Below, piece by piece: positions 17,460-27,191 of a stretch of DNA of 64,000 bases (its first letter is position 1; each line of letters starts with the position of its first letter). Position numbers and translations under genes: made by a program. This DNA comes from Candidatus Latescibacterota bacterium (GTDB taxonomy: Bacteria; Latescibacterota; UBA2968; UBA8231). Below the pieces are notes generated by a model. It searched no databases. It saw only the letters and a program-made list of their open reading frames with translations, and was not told where the DNA came from. The stretch is from assembly GCA_965243025.1 (NCBI GenBank), contig CBDETY010000003.1, positions 4,768,001-4,832,000 on the forward strand, in the 5' to 3' direction.

Positions 17460-18392
17460 GTGCTGATACTGACGGAAGACGCCGTATTCCTGGCGGACGA
17501 AGCGGCCCCGGAACCGGCACCGGTCCGGGTGCTCGACGAGGCCGCGGTCGCCGGCGCAGCCGCCAGCGGCGGTGGGGTGGCAGCCCTGCCGAGCGGCGAG
17601 GTCGCCTTGATCGGGGAGGACGGGACCGAGCGCAAGGAAAGCGGCATCGGCGACGAAATCTGCTGCCTGCACCTCCTCGCCGCGGACCCGCTGGTGCTGC
17701 TGATAGGGACCGAGCCTCCCCACCTCTACCGGATGGAACAGGGACAGCCGGCGCGGCGCAGCGAATCCTTCGCCGCCCTCGCGGTCCGCGACGAGTGGTA
17801 CACCCCCTGGGGAGGTCCGCCGGCGGTGCGCAGCCTCGCCGGTACCGGCGCCGACGTGTACGCCGACATCCACGTCGGCAGCATCATGCGCTCCGCCGAC
17901 GGCGGCGGGTCCTGGAAGCCGGTGACCCCGGACCTGCACCAGGACGTGCACCAGGTCGCCGTCTGCCCCGCTGCCCCGGAGCGGGTGTACGCCAACACCG
18001 CGGATGCGGTGTTCGTCAGCGGCGACCGCGGCGGCTCCTGGGAACACCGTTCCGGCGGACTGCCGTCCCGCTACGGCAGGGCGGTGGCCGTGCATCCGTC
18101 CGACCCGGACTGCCTGCTCGCGTCCGTCAGCAGGGGGCCGCACGCCGGGGGCACGGGAAAGCTGTTCCGCAGCGACGACGCCGGGCGCTCCTGGACGCAC
18201 GTCCGCGACGGCTTCCCCGCGGTCGCCCGCGACAACGTCGACACCTTCCACGTCGCCTTCGACGCCGCCGGCGCCGCCTGGGCGGCCGTCGAGGAGAAGC
18301 TGTACCGCAGCGGCGACCGCGGCCGCCGCTGGGAGGCGGTGTGGAGCGCCTCCTCCGACATCCGCGCCATCTCCTGCGCCGCGGCGCGGTGA
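17460..18392 (+). CDS. BNR/Asp-box beta-propeller protein
   Basis: Repeated Asp boxes SADGGGSW, SGDRGGSW, SDDAGRSW, SGDRGRRW; start uncertain. Confidence 0.8.
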   Translation: MLILTEDAVFLADEAAPEPAPVRVLDEAAVAGAAASGGGVAALPSGEVALIGEDGTERKESGIGDEICCLHLLAADPLVLLIGTEPPHLYRMEQGQPARRSESFAALAVRDEWYTPWGGPPAVRSLAGTGADVYADIHVGSIMRSADGGGSWKPVTPDLHQDVHQVAVCPAAPERVYANTADAVFVSGDRGGSWEHRSGGLPSRYGRAVAVHPSDPDCLLASVSRGPHAGGTGKLFRSDDAGRSWTHVRDGFPAVARDNVDTFHVAFDAAGAAWAAVEEKLYRSGDRGRRWEAVWSASSDIRAISCAAAR

Positions 18393-18499
18393 AGCCCGTG
18401 CACGACCCCGAACTCCACCTGGACCGCATGCCAATGCCCGGCTCTCATCCCGTGAGCCGGAAGTTCCCGCAATCCCACCTCCAACCGGAGACCGAAGCC

Positions 18500-18880
18500 A
18501 TGACCGACCTCACCACTCTCGCCATGATCACCGCCAGCGAGCCGGAGGGTCCCCTCCCCGACATGCCGATCGACGCCGGATCCATCACCGCCGGCAACCC
18601 GGTCGCCCGCGGCACCGTTCTCAACCAGTCGACCGACAAGACCCTGTCCAGCGGACTGTGGACCTGCGAGCCGGGGGAGTTCGACTGGACCTACACCTGG
18701 GACGAGTTCGTCTACGTGTTCGCAGGAGAAGTGACGATCACCGAGGAAGGGGGCAGGAGCTACGACATCGGCCCCGGCGACATGGCCCACTTCCCGATCG
18801 GGCTGAAGGCCCACTGGAACGTCAGGACGGCGGTCCGCAAGTTCTTCGTGCTCAAGACCCCGGAGCCGCTCGAGATTTAA
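18500..18880 (+). CDS. DUF861/EutQ-like cupin
   Basis: GLWTCEPGEF, DEFVYVFAGEVTI, PGDMAHFP, VRKFF. Confidence 0.88.
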   Translation: MTDLTTLAMITASEPEGPLPDMPIDAGSITAGNPVARGTVLNQSTDKTLSSGLWTCEPGEFDWTYTWDEFVYVFAGEVTITEEGGRSYDIGPGDMAHFPIGLKAHWNVRTAVRKFFVLKTPEPLEI

Positions 18881-18897
18881 CTCTGCCAGGAAGTCCC

Positions 18898-19965
18898 ATG
18901 AGTCCCGATACCCGCTACCCGCTGCGCGCGGTTCCCGGCTTCTTCTCTACGACCCCGGGAATCCAGGTCGCCGGGCAGACCTCCCACAACGCCAGCGACG
19001 AAGACCTGCGGTTCTTCCAGCAGCTCGGGGTCGAGTGGCTGATGGTGGGGATCGACGACCCCGCGCTGCATTCGGTGGAAACCTACAAGCAGCTCAGGAA
19101 CCGCTTCGCCGGGTTCGGCCTGCAGATCTACCGCATCGCCCACCACGGGGTGCACAACGTCCCGGAAATCACCCTGAACCTCCCTGGACGGGACGCCAAG
19201 GTCGAGGAGCTGATCCGCTTCATCGGCAACCTCGGAGAAGCCGGCATCCACTACCACACCTACGCCCACATGGGCAACGGCATCTGGAGCACCGGCCGGA
19301 CCACCCGCCGCGGCGGCATGACGGCCCGCACCATCGACGTCGCCGACGCCGTCGGCCGCTGGAGGGACCGGAACTTTTCGGGGGAGCTGACCCACGGCCG
19401 CCCCTATACCGAGGAAGAGCTGTGGGACAACTACGAGTACCTGGCCCGCAGGCTCGCCCCGGCGGCCGAGGAGGCCGGGGTCTTCATCGGCATCCACCCG
19501 GACGACCCGCCGGTCTACGCTCTCGGCGGCGTGCCCCGCTGCCTGTTCGGCAACTTCGCCGGATACAGGCGGGCCATCGACGTGGCCGGCAGTCCCAACA
19601 TCGGCGTCTGTCTCTGCGTCGGGTGCTGGCTCGAAGGGGGCAAGCAGGGGATGGGGGGCAGCGTCGAAGAGGCGATCGATTACTTCGGCAGCCGCAACAA
19701 GCTGTTCAAGGTCCACTTCCGCAACGTCTCCAACCCGCTCCCCGAGCTCTGCGTCGAGACCCTGATGGACGACGGCTACCAGGACATGCACCGGGTGATG
19801 CAGGCGCTGCGCGCCGTGGAGTACGACGGGGCCGTCATCCCCGACCACATCCCCGAGCTCATCGGCGGCAGCCGCGCCGGGGTCGCCTATTCCATCGCCT
19901 ACATGCGGGCCCTGGTGCAGGCGGTCAACAACGAACGCTCCGAACCGGACCCGCGGTCTCCATGA
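18898..19965 (+). CDS. Mannonate dehydratase (UxuA) family
   Basis: EEELWDNY, AEEAGV.IGIHPDDPP, VHFRNV, IPDHIP. Confidence 0.85.
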   Translation: MSPDTRYPLRAVPGFFSTTPGIQVAGQTSHNASDEDLRFFQQLGVEWLMVGIDDPALHSVETYKQLRNRFAGFGLQIYRIAHHGVHNVPEITLNLPGRDAKVEELIRFIGNLGEAGIHYHTYAHMGNGIWSTGRTTRRGGMTARTIDVADAVGRWRDRNFSGELTHGRPYTEEELWDNYEYLARRLAPAAEEAGVFIGIHPDDPPVYALGGVPRCLFGNFAGYRRAIDVAGSPNIGVCLCVGCWLEGGKQGMGGSVEEAIDYFGSRNKLFKVHFRNVSNPLPELCVETLMDDGYQDMHRVMQALRAVEYDGAVIPDHIPELIGGSRAGVAYSIAYMRALVQAVNNERSEPDPRSP

Positions 19966-21083
19966 CGACCGACTACGACCTGCTGGTCACCGCCGGACGC
20001 GTCTTCTGCGCCGACACCGGCCTCGACGGCCCGGGAGCCGTCGCCGTGCGCGGCGGCCGCATCGCCGCCTCCGGCCCCGGGGTCGCGGGAACCGCGGCGC
20101 AAACCCTCGACTACCCCGGCGCCCTGCTGCTGCCCGGCCTCGTCGACATGCACGCCCACCCCGCCCGGGGCGGGTCGCGCTACGGCATCGACCCGGACGA
20201 GCACTTCCTGCCGCGCGGGGTAACGACCTGCATGTCGCAGGGGGACGCCGGGGCCCTCAACTGGCCGGCCTACCGCGACGAGGTGATCGGCGGCTACCGC
20301 ACCCGGGTGCGGCTCGCCCTGCACCTGTCGAAACACGGCGAGTCGCAGGAGGCCCATTGTTTCGAGCACCTCGACAACGCCGACGTCGACCTCTGCGCCG
20401 CCGCCGTCGCCGGGGCCGGGGAGGAGATCTGGGGCATCGCCTTCAACACCATGCACAACCCGGCGGTCCCCCACGACCCGAGGGAGATCATGCGCCGGGG
20501 TATCGAGGCGGCCGAGCGCAGCGGCCGCCCCGTCCTCTACGGGCCTCGTTTCCACAGCGACTTCCCCCTCGAGGAGCAGCTGCCCTGCCTGCGGGCCGGC
20601 GACCTCGTCACCTACACCTTCAGCTTCCTCGAGGACAACATCATCTCCGGCGGCAGGGTGCGGCCGGCGGTCCGGGAGGCGAAGGAGCGTGGGGTGCTGT
20701 TCGACGGCTGCCACGGCATGCGGTCCTTCAGCTTCGCCCACGCCGAGCCCGCCATCGCCGAGGGGTTCTACCCCGACACGGTTTCCACCGACCAGTACCT
20801 CCGCCACGTCGGCAGCGACCCGCAGCACGACCTGCCGAGGACGATGTCGAAGTTCATCGCCGCCGGCATGCCGGAAGCCGAGGTCCTGGCGCGCGCCACG
20901 GCGCGCCCGGCGGAGCTGCTCGGGCTGAAGGGAGAGGCCGGCACCCTGGCGCCCGGCGCCTGCGCCGACCTCGCGGTTCTGCAGTGGAACGAGGAGGGCC
21001 GGCTGCGCGACACCCTGGATGTCGAGCGCCCCGGGGGCTGCTGGGAGCCGCTGGCGACGGTGAGGGCCGGGCAGCTGATCTGA
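19962..21083 (+). CDS. Amidohydrolase/deacetylase metallohydrolase (dihydroorotase-like)
   Basis: PGLVDMHAH, GVTT, DAG, STD, TARPA..LG, ADLAV; ATGA-coupled to the previous gene. Confidence 0.85.
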   Translation: MTTDYDLLVTAGRVFCADTGLDGPGAVAVRGGRIAASGPGVAGTAAQTLDYPGALLLPGLVDMHAHPARGGSRYGIDPDEHFLPRGVTTCMSQGDAGALNWPAYRDEVIGGYRTRVRLALHLSKHGESQEAHCFEHLDNADVDLCAAAVAGAGEEIWGIAFNTMHNPAVPHDPREIMRRGIEAAERSGRPVLYGPRFHSDFPLEEQLPCLRAGDLVTYTFSFLEDNIISGGRVRPAVREAKERGVLFDGCHGMRSFSFAHAEPAIAEGFYPDTVSTDQYLRHVGSDPQHDLPRTMSKFIAAGMPEAEVLARATARPAELLGLKGEAGTLAPGACADLAVLQWNEEGRLRDTLDVERPGGCWEPLATVRAGQLI

Positions 21084-21291
21084 CCGGCCGTTTAAACCCG
21101 GGCTGCGGCCTTCCCTGCCGGTCGAAGACGGAGTTTCCGCGCCGGCATCGGAGTCCAGCTCCTTGCCCGGGGAAAATCCGAGCACCAGCCGCGGCCTTGG
21201 AAACCGCCTCGGCGCCGCCGGAATCGAAGTTCCCAACCTGCCTCGGGATCAGGTACCTGGCCGCGCCCTGGCAACCCGCAGCCCGGTCCGG

Positions 21292-23265
21292 TCACTGCAT
21301 CAGGTAGTTGCCGACCATGCCGGTGAACGAGTCCAGCACCCAGAAGACCCCGTAGATCGCGAACTGCCCGACGATCATCCCAAGGAAAAAGGGGCGGATC
21401 GACTCGTAGAGGCCCGGCCCCCCGTATTTCAGGACGACCGCCTTGCAGGACCAGGCGAGAAAGGCGTTGTACCCCATCCAGGAGAACACCGAGCTCACCG
21501 GGTACCCTATCGGGTGCAGGGGCCACCAGACCCAGAACCGCTGCGCGGCCATCAGGAAAGCCATTGCCAGACCGCCGATCCCGGTGTGCAGCCAGCCGGT
21601 CCAGCTCGGTCCCACCGGCTGGTAGATATGGGTGGCGGCGTACTCGTAGACGTAGCGCGTCATCCACAGGAAGGTGATCCTGCTCATGTTGATGGCCCCG
21701 TAGGTGTAGGCGAGGTAGAGCAGCATCGCCGTGGCGCCGACCAGGCCCAGCATCATGGCCAGCAGCGACGTCCAGAACAGCGGCCGGCGGCTGCCGGGTA
21801 CCTGCTCGCTCAGCTTGAGACTGTTGGCGCAATGGGGCATGGCGAAGTTGAAGATGTCGTTGGCCCAGATGCGGCTGTAGGTCAACGCCATGATGCCGTA
21901 GGCCCCGTAGCAGCTGGTTCCCAGGGCGGAAAGGGCGGCGTCGGTCGGAACGAGCGGGGTGTAGAGCATGGCGACTCCCCCCTCGACCACGACCCGCGTC
22001 AGGGCGAGAAAAATGACGTAGGAGAAAAACAGCAGGGCGAAGACGCCGAGCAGCGGCATGCCGGCGAGGTGGAGCCAGACCGCCATCACCGCCAGGCTGG
22101 CCACGGCCCCGATCACGGCAACGCGGTAAGAAACGATCTCGTCTGAATCGTCGACGTCCCGGGCGTCGAAGAGCGCCTTGCGCAGGACGTCCCCCAGGTG
22201 TTCCCTGGCCACCCAGAGCCCCCCGAACACCAGCACCACCATGGCCCCCATGCTCTGGTGCACCACGGTGGGCGGACCGTAGTTCCAGGCGCTGAGCACA
22301 GGTTCGGGACTGGCGCCGATGCCGAGGATGTTGAATACCGACCGCTGCAGGTAGTTCAGCAGGGAGAACACCCACAGGCTGAAGGCGATCTCAAGCTTGA
22401 TGAGAAAGAAGAACGAGAGGGCGACGATGCTGAGGATCAGGGGGATGGAAACGCCCCCGGGCAGCGGCAGCGTGGTGCTCGTCCGCACCTCGGGAAAGTC
22501 GGGGAAGTAGGCGTTCAACCCCTGGAGCGACCCGATGACGAAGGGCACGGCGAACCCCAGCCACATCACCGGACTGCGGAAGAACGGCTTGACCAGGGAC
22601 TCGCGCTCGTCGTCCTGTATCATCGAGCCGGCCACCTGGATGAGCGGATACAGCAGGCGCTCGCGCTCGGCCCACTGGCGGCGCAGGATGACCATCAGGC
22701 AGAGCATCGAGGCGTGGATGGCCAGCAGCATCGGGAACCAGAAGACGAACGGCCGTATCCAGACCTTCCACAGGCCCGGCTCGTCGTGTACCGAGCCCCC
22801 CTCGTAGAAGGCCCGGATCGATTCGCCGTCGTTCGGCAGGATCCAGTCGACCAGGAAGGGATGTATCAGCTGAGCCCAGTTGTTCTCGGCGGAAGCGTGG
22901 TAGTAGGGGCCGGACAGCAGCGGGGCCCAGTAGAAGGCGATCTTGATGCTCTGGTTCCCCAGCATCATGAGAATGAACACCGTGACCAGCTCGCCGCGGC
23001 CGAGGGCCCAGGACCTGTTGACGGCCCCGACGGCGACGTTGAAGACGCCGACGATGAGGAAGAACACGAAGTGGGAGAGCGGGTTGGTGAAGAAGCCGCC
23101 GCCGGTGTTCGACCCCTGGACCAGCATCGACAGCCAGGTGCCGGTGAAGGCGACGACAAAGGCGAGCACAAGCCCGATGCAGAGGGCGCGGGCGGTCAGG
23201 AAGGAACGCCGCTGTCCCGGGTCCGGGGAGCGCTGCGGGCCGGATGCTCCGCCCGACTCACTCAT
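21292..23265 (-). CDS. Large polytopic membrane protein (DUF6785/DUF6784-type)
   Basis: Many TM segments; LRRQWAERERLLYPL, WWPLHPIGY, KYGG..LY...RPFFLG. Confidence 0.75.
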   Translation of the reverse strand: MSESGGASGPQRSPDPGQRRSFLTARALCIGLVLAFVVAFTGTWLSMLVQGSNTGGGFFTNPLSHFVFFLIVGVFNVAVGAVNRSWALGRGELVTVFILMMLGNQSIKIAFYWAPLLSGPYYHASAENNWAQLIHPFLVDWILPNDGESIRAFYEGGSVHDEPGLWKVWIRPFVFWFPMLLAIHASMLCLMVILRRQWAERERLLYPLIQVAGSMIQDDERESLVKPFFRSPVMWLGFAVPFVIGSLQGLNAYFPDFPEVRTSTTLPLPGGVSIPLILSIVALSFFFLIKLEIAFSLWVFSLLNYLQRSVFNILGIGASPEPVLSAWNYGPPTVVHQSMGAMVVLVFGGLWVAREHLGDVLRKALFDARDVDDSDEIVSYRVAVIGAVASLAVMAVWLHLAGMPLLGVFALLFFSYVIFLALTRVVVEGGVAMLYTPLVPTDAALSALGTSCYGAYGIMALTYSRIWANDIFNFAMPHCANSLKLSEQVPGSRRPLFWTSLLAMMLGLVGATAMLLYLAYTYGAINMSRITFLWMTRYVYEYAATHIYQPVGPSWTGWLHTGIGGLAMAFLMAAQRFWVWWPLHPIGYPVSSVFSWMGYNAFLAWSCKAVVLKYGGPGLYESIRPFFLGMIVGQFAIYGVFWVLDSFTGMVGNYLMQ

Positions 23266-23393
23266 GGCCGCGTTTCACCGCGGGAAAGCGAGGTCCGGCG
23301 GGGCGGGGCGAGGCCCCGCTTTCCAACCGAACGGTGTGTACATGGAAGTGACTTGCGCATGGCTGCACTGCCAAAATTGAACAGGAGAACCCC

Positions 23394-25193
23394 ATGACCC
23401 AATCCCCCCGGGAGCACGAATCCCTTCCTGTCTGGGACCTTACCGACCTCTACGGAAGCGCCGACGATCCGGGTCTCGACCGCGACATGCGGGACGCGGC
23501 CAGGCGCGCCCGGCAGTTCGAGGGAAACTACAAAGGCACCATCGCCGCGGCCGGCCTCTCGGCCGGGCACCTCCGCCAGGCCCTGGCCGACTACGAGGAC
23601 CTGCTGACCCTGAGATCCAGACCGGGGGCCTACGCCGGCCTGCTCTACTCGACCGACACCACCGACCCGGCGCGGGGGGCGCTGCTGCAGAAAACGAGGG
23701 AGTTCGACAGCTCCACCGCCACCCACCTGGTATTCTTCGACCTCGAGATCGGGCGCATTCCCCCGCAGACGTACGAACGCATAAAGGACTCGCCGGAACT
23801 GGCCCCCTACCGGCACTACCTCGACCACGAGCGGCGGATGGCGGCCCACAATCTCGACGAAGCTGAGGAGAAGATCCTCGTCGAGACCGCCAACTCGCGG
23901 GGAAGGGCCTTCGCCCGCCTCGCCACCGAGGTCAACTCGCGGACCCGGTTTCGGATGGAGGAAGAAGGCGGGGCGGCGGAGAAAACCCAGAGCGAAATCC
24001 TCGTGCTGCTCTACGATCCGGACCGCGACACCCGCAGCCGGGCGGCGGCGGCGATCACCGAGGGGCTGCGGCGGAACACCCACGTCTGCACCTTCGTCTA
24101 CAACACCCTGCTGCACGAAAAGGACGTGCTCGACCGCCTGCGTTCCTACCGCGCCCCGGAGGACAGCCGTCACCTGGACAACGAGCTGAGCGGCGAGGTC
24201 GTCGACGCGGTCAGCGAGGTCTGCGCCGCCAACTACGGCACCGTGGCAGCCTACTACCGCCTCAAACGGCGGCTCCTCGGCCTCGACGAGCTCACCCACT
24301 ACGACCGCTACGCGCCGATAACCGGCGGCGAGACCGACATTCCCTTCGGACAGGCGCGCGACATCGTTCTGGAGGCGTTCGGCGAATTCTCGCCGCGCCT
24401 CGTCGACATCTGCGAGCCGTTCTTCGAGAGACGCTGGATCGACGCCGCCCTGGCGGACGGCAAGCGCGGGGGCGCCTACTGCGCCGGCATCACCCCCGAC
24501 CTGCACCCTTACGTCTTCCTCAACTACACCGGCTCGCCCCGCGACGTCATGACCCTGGCGCACGAGCTCGGCCACGGGATCCACGACGTCCTGGCCAGCG
24601 GCAACCACCTTCTCGACTACCATCCCGTGCTGCCGATGGCGGAGACGGCCAGCACTTTCGCCGAGATGCTGGTGTTCGACCGCCTGCGGGGAGAGCTCGG
24701 GACGGACGGGGAGCGCCTCGCGCTCCTGTGCGGGAAGATCGAGGACACCTTCGCCACCGTCTTCCGGCAGATTGCGATGTACCGCTTCGAGCAGCAGGCC
24801 CACCGCGCCCGCCGGGAAGAGGGGGAGCTGCCCTCCGAAAGGCTCGACGAGCTCTGGCAGCGGAACATGCAGGAGATGTTCGGCGACGCCCTCACCCTCG
24901 GCGACGACCACGCCTGCTGGTGGCTCTACATCCCCCACATCGTCGACGTGCCGTTCTACGTCTACGCCTACGCCTTCGGCGAGCTGCTGGTGCTCGCCCT
25001 CTACGCCCGCTACCGGAGCGAGGGGGAAGCCTTCGTCGACCGCTATTTCGAGCTGCTGGCGGCCGGCGGTTCGCGGGCGCCGGCCGAACTGCTCGCCGGC
25101 CTGGAAATCGACGTGGCCTCGCGCGACTTCTGGCAGGGAGGCTGCGACCTCATCCGGCAGCGCGTCGACGAGGCTGCCGCCCTCGCCGGCTGA
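23394..25193 (+). CDS. M3B oligoendopeptidase F
   Basis: WDLTDLY, GKRGGAY, TLAHELGHG (HExxH), AETAS, IPH..FYVYAYAFG. Confidence 0.93.
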   Translation: MTQSPREHESLPVWDLTDLYGSADDPGLDRDMRDAARRARQFEGNYKGTIAAAGLSAGHLRQALADYEDLLTLRSRPGAYAGLLYSTDTTDPARGALLQKTREFDSSTATHLVFFDLEIGRIPPQTYERIKDSPELAPYRHYLDHERRMAAHNLDEAEEKILVETANSRGRAFARLATEVNSRTRFRMEEEGGAAEKTQSEILVLLYDPDRDTRSRAAAAITEGLRRNTHVCTFVYNTLLHEKDVLDRLRSYRAPEDSRHLDNELSGEVVDAVSEVCAANYGTVAAYYRLKRRLLGLDELTHYDRYAPITGGETDIPFGQARDIVLEAFGEFSPRLVDICEPFFERRWIDAALADGKRGGAYCAGITPDLHPYVFLNYTGSPRDVMTLAHELGHGIHDVLASGNHLLDYHPVLPMAETASTFAEMLVFDRLRGELGTDGERLALLCGKIEDTFATVFRQIAMYRFEQQAHRARREEGELPSERLDELWQRNMQEMFGDALTLGDDHACWWLYIPHIVDVPFYVYAYAFGELLVLALYARYRSEGEAFVDRYFELLAAGGSRAPAELLAGLEIDVASRDFWQGGCDLIRQRVDEAAALAG

Positions 25194-25315
25194 AGCGGAC
25201 AGCGGGCCGCCGCGACGGGCCCGGGGGCAATTCGCTATCTTTGGCGGACGGCCTTCCCTCCGCCCGCCCTGCCCTCCCGCTCCCCTGCTTTCCCGATCGA
25301 CCAGCTGATAACAGT

Positions 25316-27148
25316 ATGTGTGGAATAATCGGATACGCCGGAAGGAAGTCCCTGCGCGATGTGCTCCTCAACGGGTTGCGCCGGCTCGAGTACCGCGGTT
25401 ACGACTCGGCCGGGGTATGCGCCCTCGATTCGGGGGCGCTGCGCCTCTGGAAGACCGCAGGCCGCATCGCCGACCTCGAATCCCGGCTCGACGGCGAGCC
25501 TGTCGCCGGCCCGGTCGGCATCGCCCATACCCGCTGGGCCACCCACGGAGCCCCCACCGACGGCAACGCCCACCCCCACGTCGACGCGTCAGGCCGCATC
25601 GCCCTGGTCCACAACGGCATCATCGAGAATCACGCCGCGGTGCGCGCCTACCTCGAAAGAGAGGGGATCGAGTTCCGGACCGAGACCGACACCGAGTCCC
25701 TGGTGCAGCTGATCGGGTTTCTACATGCCGATTCGGGCGACCTGATGGACAGCGTGCGCACCGCCCTCAAGGAGGTGGACGGCACCTTCGGCGTCGCCCT
25801 GGTCTGCACCGAGGACCCCGACACCCTCGTCGCCGCGCGCCGCGGCAGCCCGCTGATTGTCGGCGTCGGAGACGGGGAGTACCTGGTCGCCTCCGACGGC
25901 AACGCCATCGTCGAGCACACCAGCCAGGTCCTCTACCTCGAAGACCACGAGATCGCCCGCATCGACGCGGACGGCCTGCACGTGTCGACGGCAGACGCGC
26001 AGCCCGTGCACCGGGAAACCGACGTCCTCGAGACCACCCTCGAACAGATCGAGCTCGGCGGCTACCCCTCCTTCATGCTCAAGGAGATCCACGAGCAGCC
26101 GGAGGGGCTGCGCAACTGCATGCGCGGGCGCCTCGACCTGCGCTCCGGCCGCGTTCACCTCGGCGGACTGCAATCGATGGAAGAGGAGCTGGCCAGCTGC
26201 AGCCGGCTGGTGCTCACCGGCTGCGGCACCGCCTGGCACGCCGGCCTGATCGGCGAGTACCTGCTCGAGGAGTGGACGCGCATCCCGACGGAAGTCGAGT
26301 ACGCCAGCGAGCTGCGCTACCGCAACCCCGTCGTCGAGCCGGGTACCGTCTGCGTCACCATCAGTCAGTCGGGCGAGACCGCCGACGTCCTCGCGGCGCT
26401 GCACGAGATGCGCACCAAGGGAGCGGCGGCGTTCGGGGTCGTCAACGCCGTCGGGTCGACGCTGGCGCGGGAAACCGCGGCAGGGGTATACCTCCACGTC
26501 GGGCCTGAAATCGGAGTGGCGAGCACCAAGGCTTTCACCGCCCAGATCGCGGTGCTGGCGATGATCGCCCTCGACCTCGGGCGGCGCCGGCACCTTTCGG
26601 CGGAGCGCACCGTCGTCATTCTGAAGGAGCTCGAGAAGATCTCCGACAAGGTGGCCGAGACCCTGGAGCTCGACGGCCAGGTGGCGGCCCTGGCCGACCG
26701 CCTCACCGGGTGGGACAACTGGCTCTACCTCGGCCGCGGCGTCAACTACCCGGTGGCCCTGGAGGGAGCCCTGAAGCTGAAGGAGCTCAGCTACATCCAC
26801 GCCGAAGGGCTGCCGGCCGCGGAGATGAAGCACGGCCCCATCGCCCTGATCGACGACGGCATGCCGGTGGTGGTGATCGCCCCGCGCGACCACACCTACA
26901 ACAAGGTGCTGGCCAACATCGAGGAAGTGCGCAGCCGCAAGGGCCGCGTCATCGCCGTCGCCACCCGGGGGGACAGCCAGCTTGAGAAGCTGGCCGAGGA
27001 AGTCCTCTACGTGCCGCCGACGCTGCCGCTGCTGTCCCCCATACTGACGACGGTCCCGCTGCAGCTGCTGGCCTACCACGCCGCCCTCATCCGCGGCCAC
27101 GACGTCGACAAGCCGAGAAACCTCGCCAAGAGCGTGACCGTGGAGTGA
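25316..27148 (+). CDS. glmS: Glutamine--fructose-6-phosphate aminotransferase
   Basis: MCGIIG, LEYRGYDSAG, HTRWATHG, SQSGETAD, EGALKLKE, PRNLAKSVTVE. Confidence 0.97.
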   Translation: MCGIIGYAGRKSLRDVLLNGLRRLEYRGYDSAGVCALDSGALRLWKTAGRIADLESRLDGEPVAGPVGIAHTRWATHGAPTDGNAHPHVDASGRIALVHNGIIENHAAVRAYLEREGIEFRTETDTESLVQLIGFLHADSGDLMDSVRTALKEVDGTFGVALVCTEDPDTLVAARRGSPLIVGVGDGEYLVASDGNAIVEHTSQVLYLEDHEIARIDADGLHVSTADAQPVHRETDVLETTLEQIELGGYPSFMLKEIHEQPEGLRNCMRGRLDLRSGRVHLGGLQSMEEELASCSRLVLTGCGTAWHAGLIGEYLLEEWTRIPTEVEYASELRYRNPVVEPGTVCVTISQSGETADVLAALHEMRTKGAAAFGVVNAVGSTLARETAAGVYLHVGPEIGVASTKAFTAQIAVLAMIALDLGRRRHLSAERTVVILKELEKISDKVAETLELDGQVAALADRLTGWDNWLYLGRGVNYPVALEGALKLKELSYIHAEGLPAAEMKHGPIALIDDGMPVVVIAPRDHTYNKVLANIEEVRSRKGRVIAVATRGDSQLEKLAEEVLYVPPTLPLLSPILTTVPLQLLAYHAALIRGHDVDKPRNLAKSVTVE

Positions 27149-27191
27149 GGAGACCCTGCGACCTCCCGGCCGGAGGCCGCGCCGCAAATCC

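Noticed and set aside
17416-17460. Strong SD (AAAGGAGG) far from the propeller gene start
   Set aside because: No start codon at usable spacing; cannot separate a hairpin-bridged RBS from chance
25194-25315. glmS ribozyme upstream of glmS
   Set aside because: Short spacer with no recognisable ribozyme core
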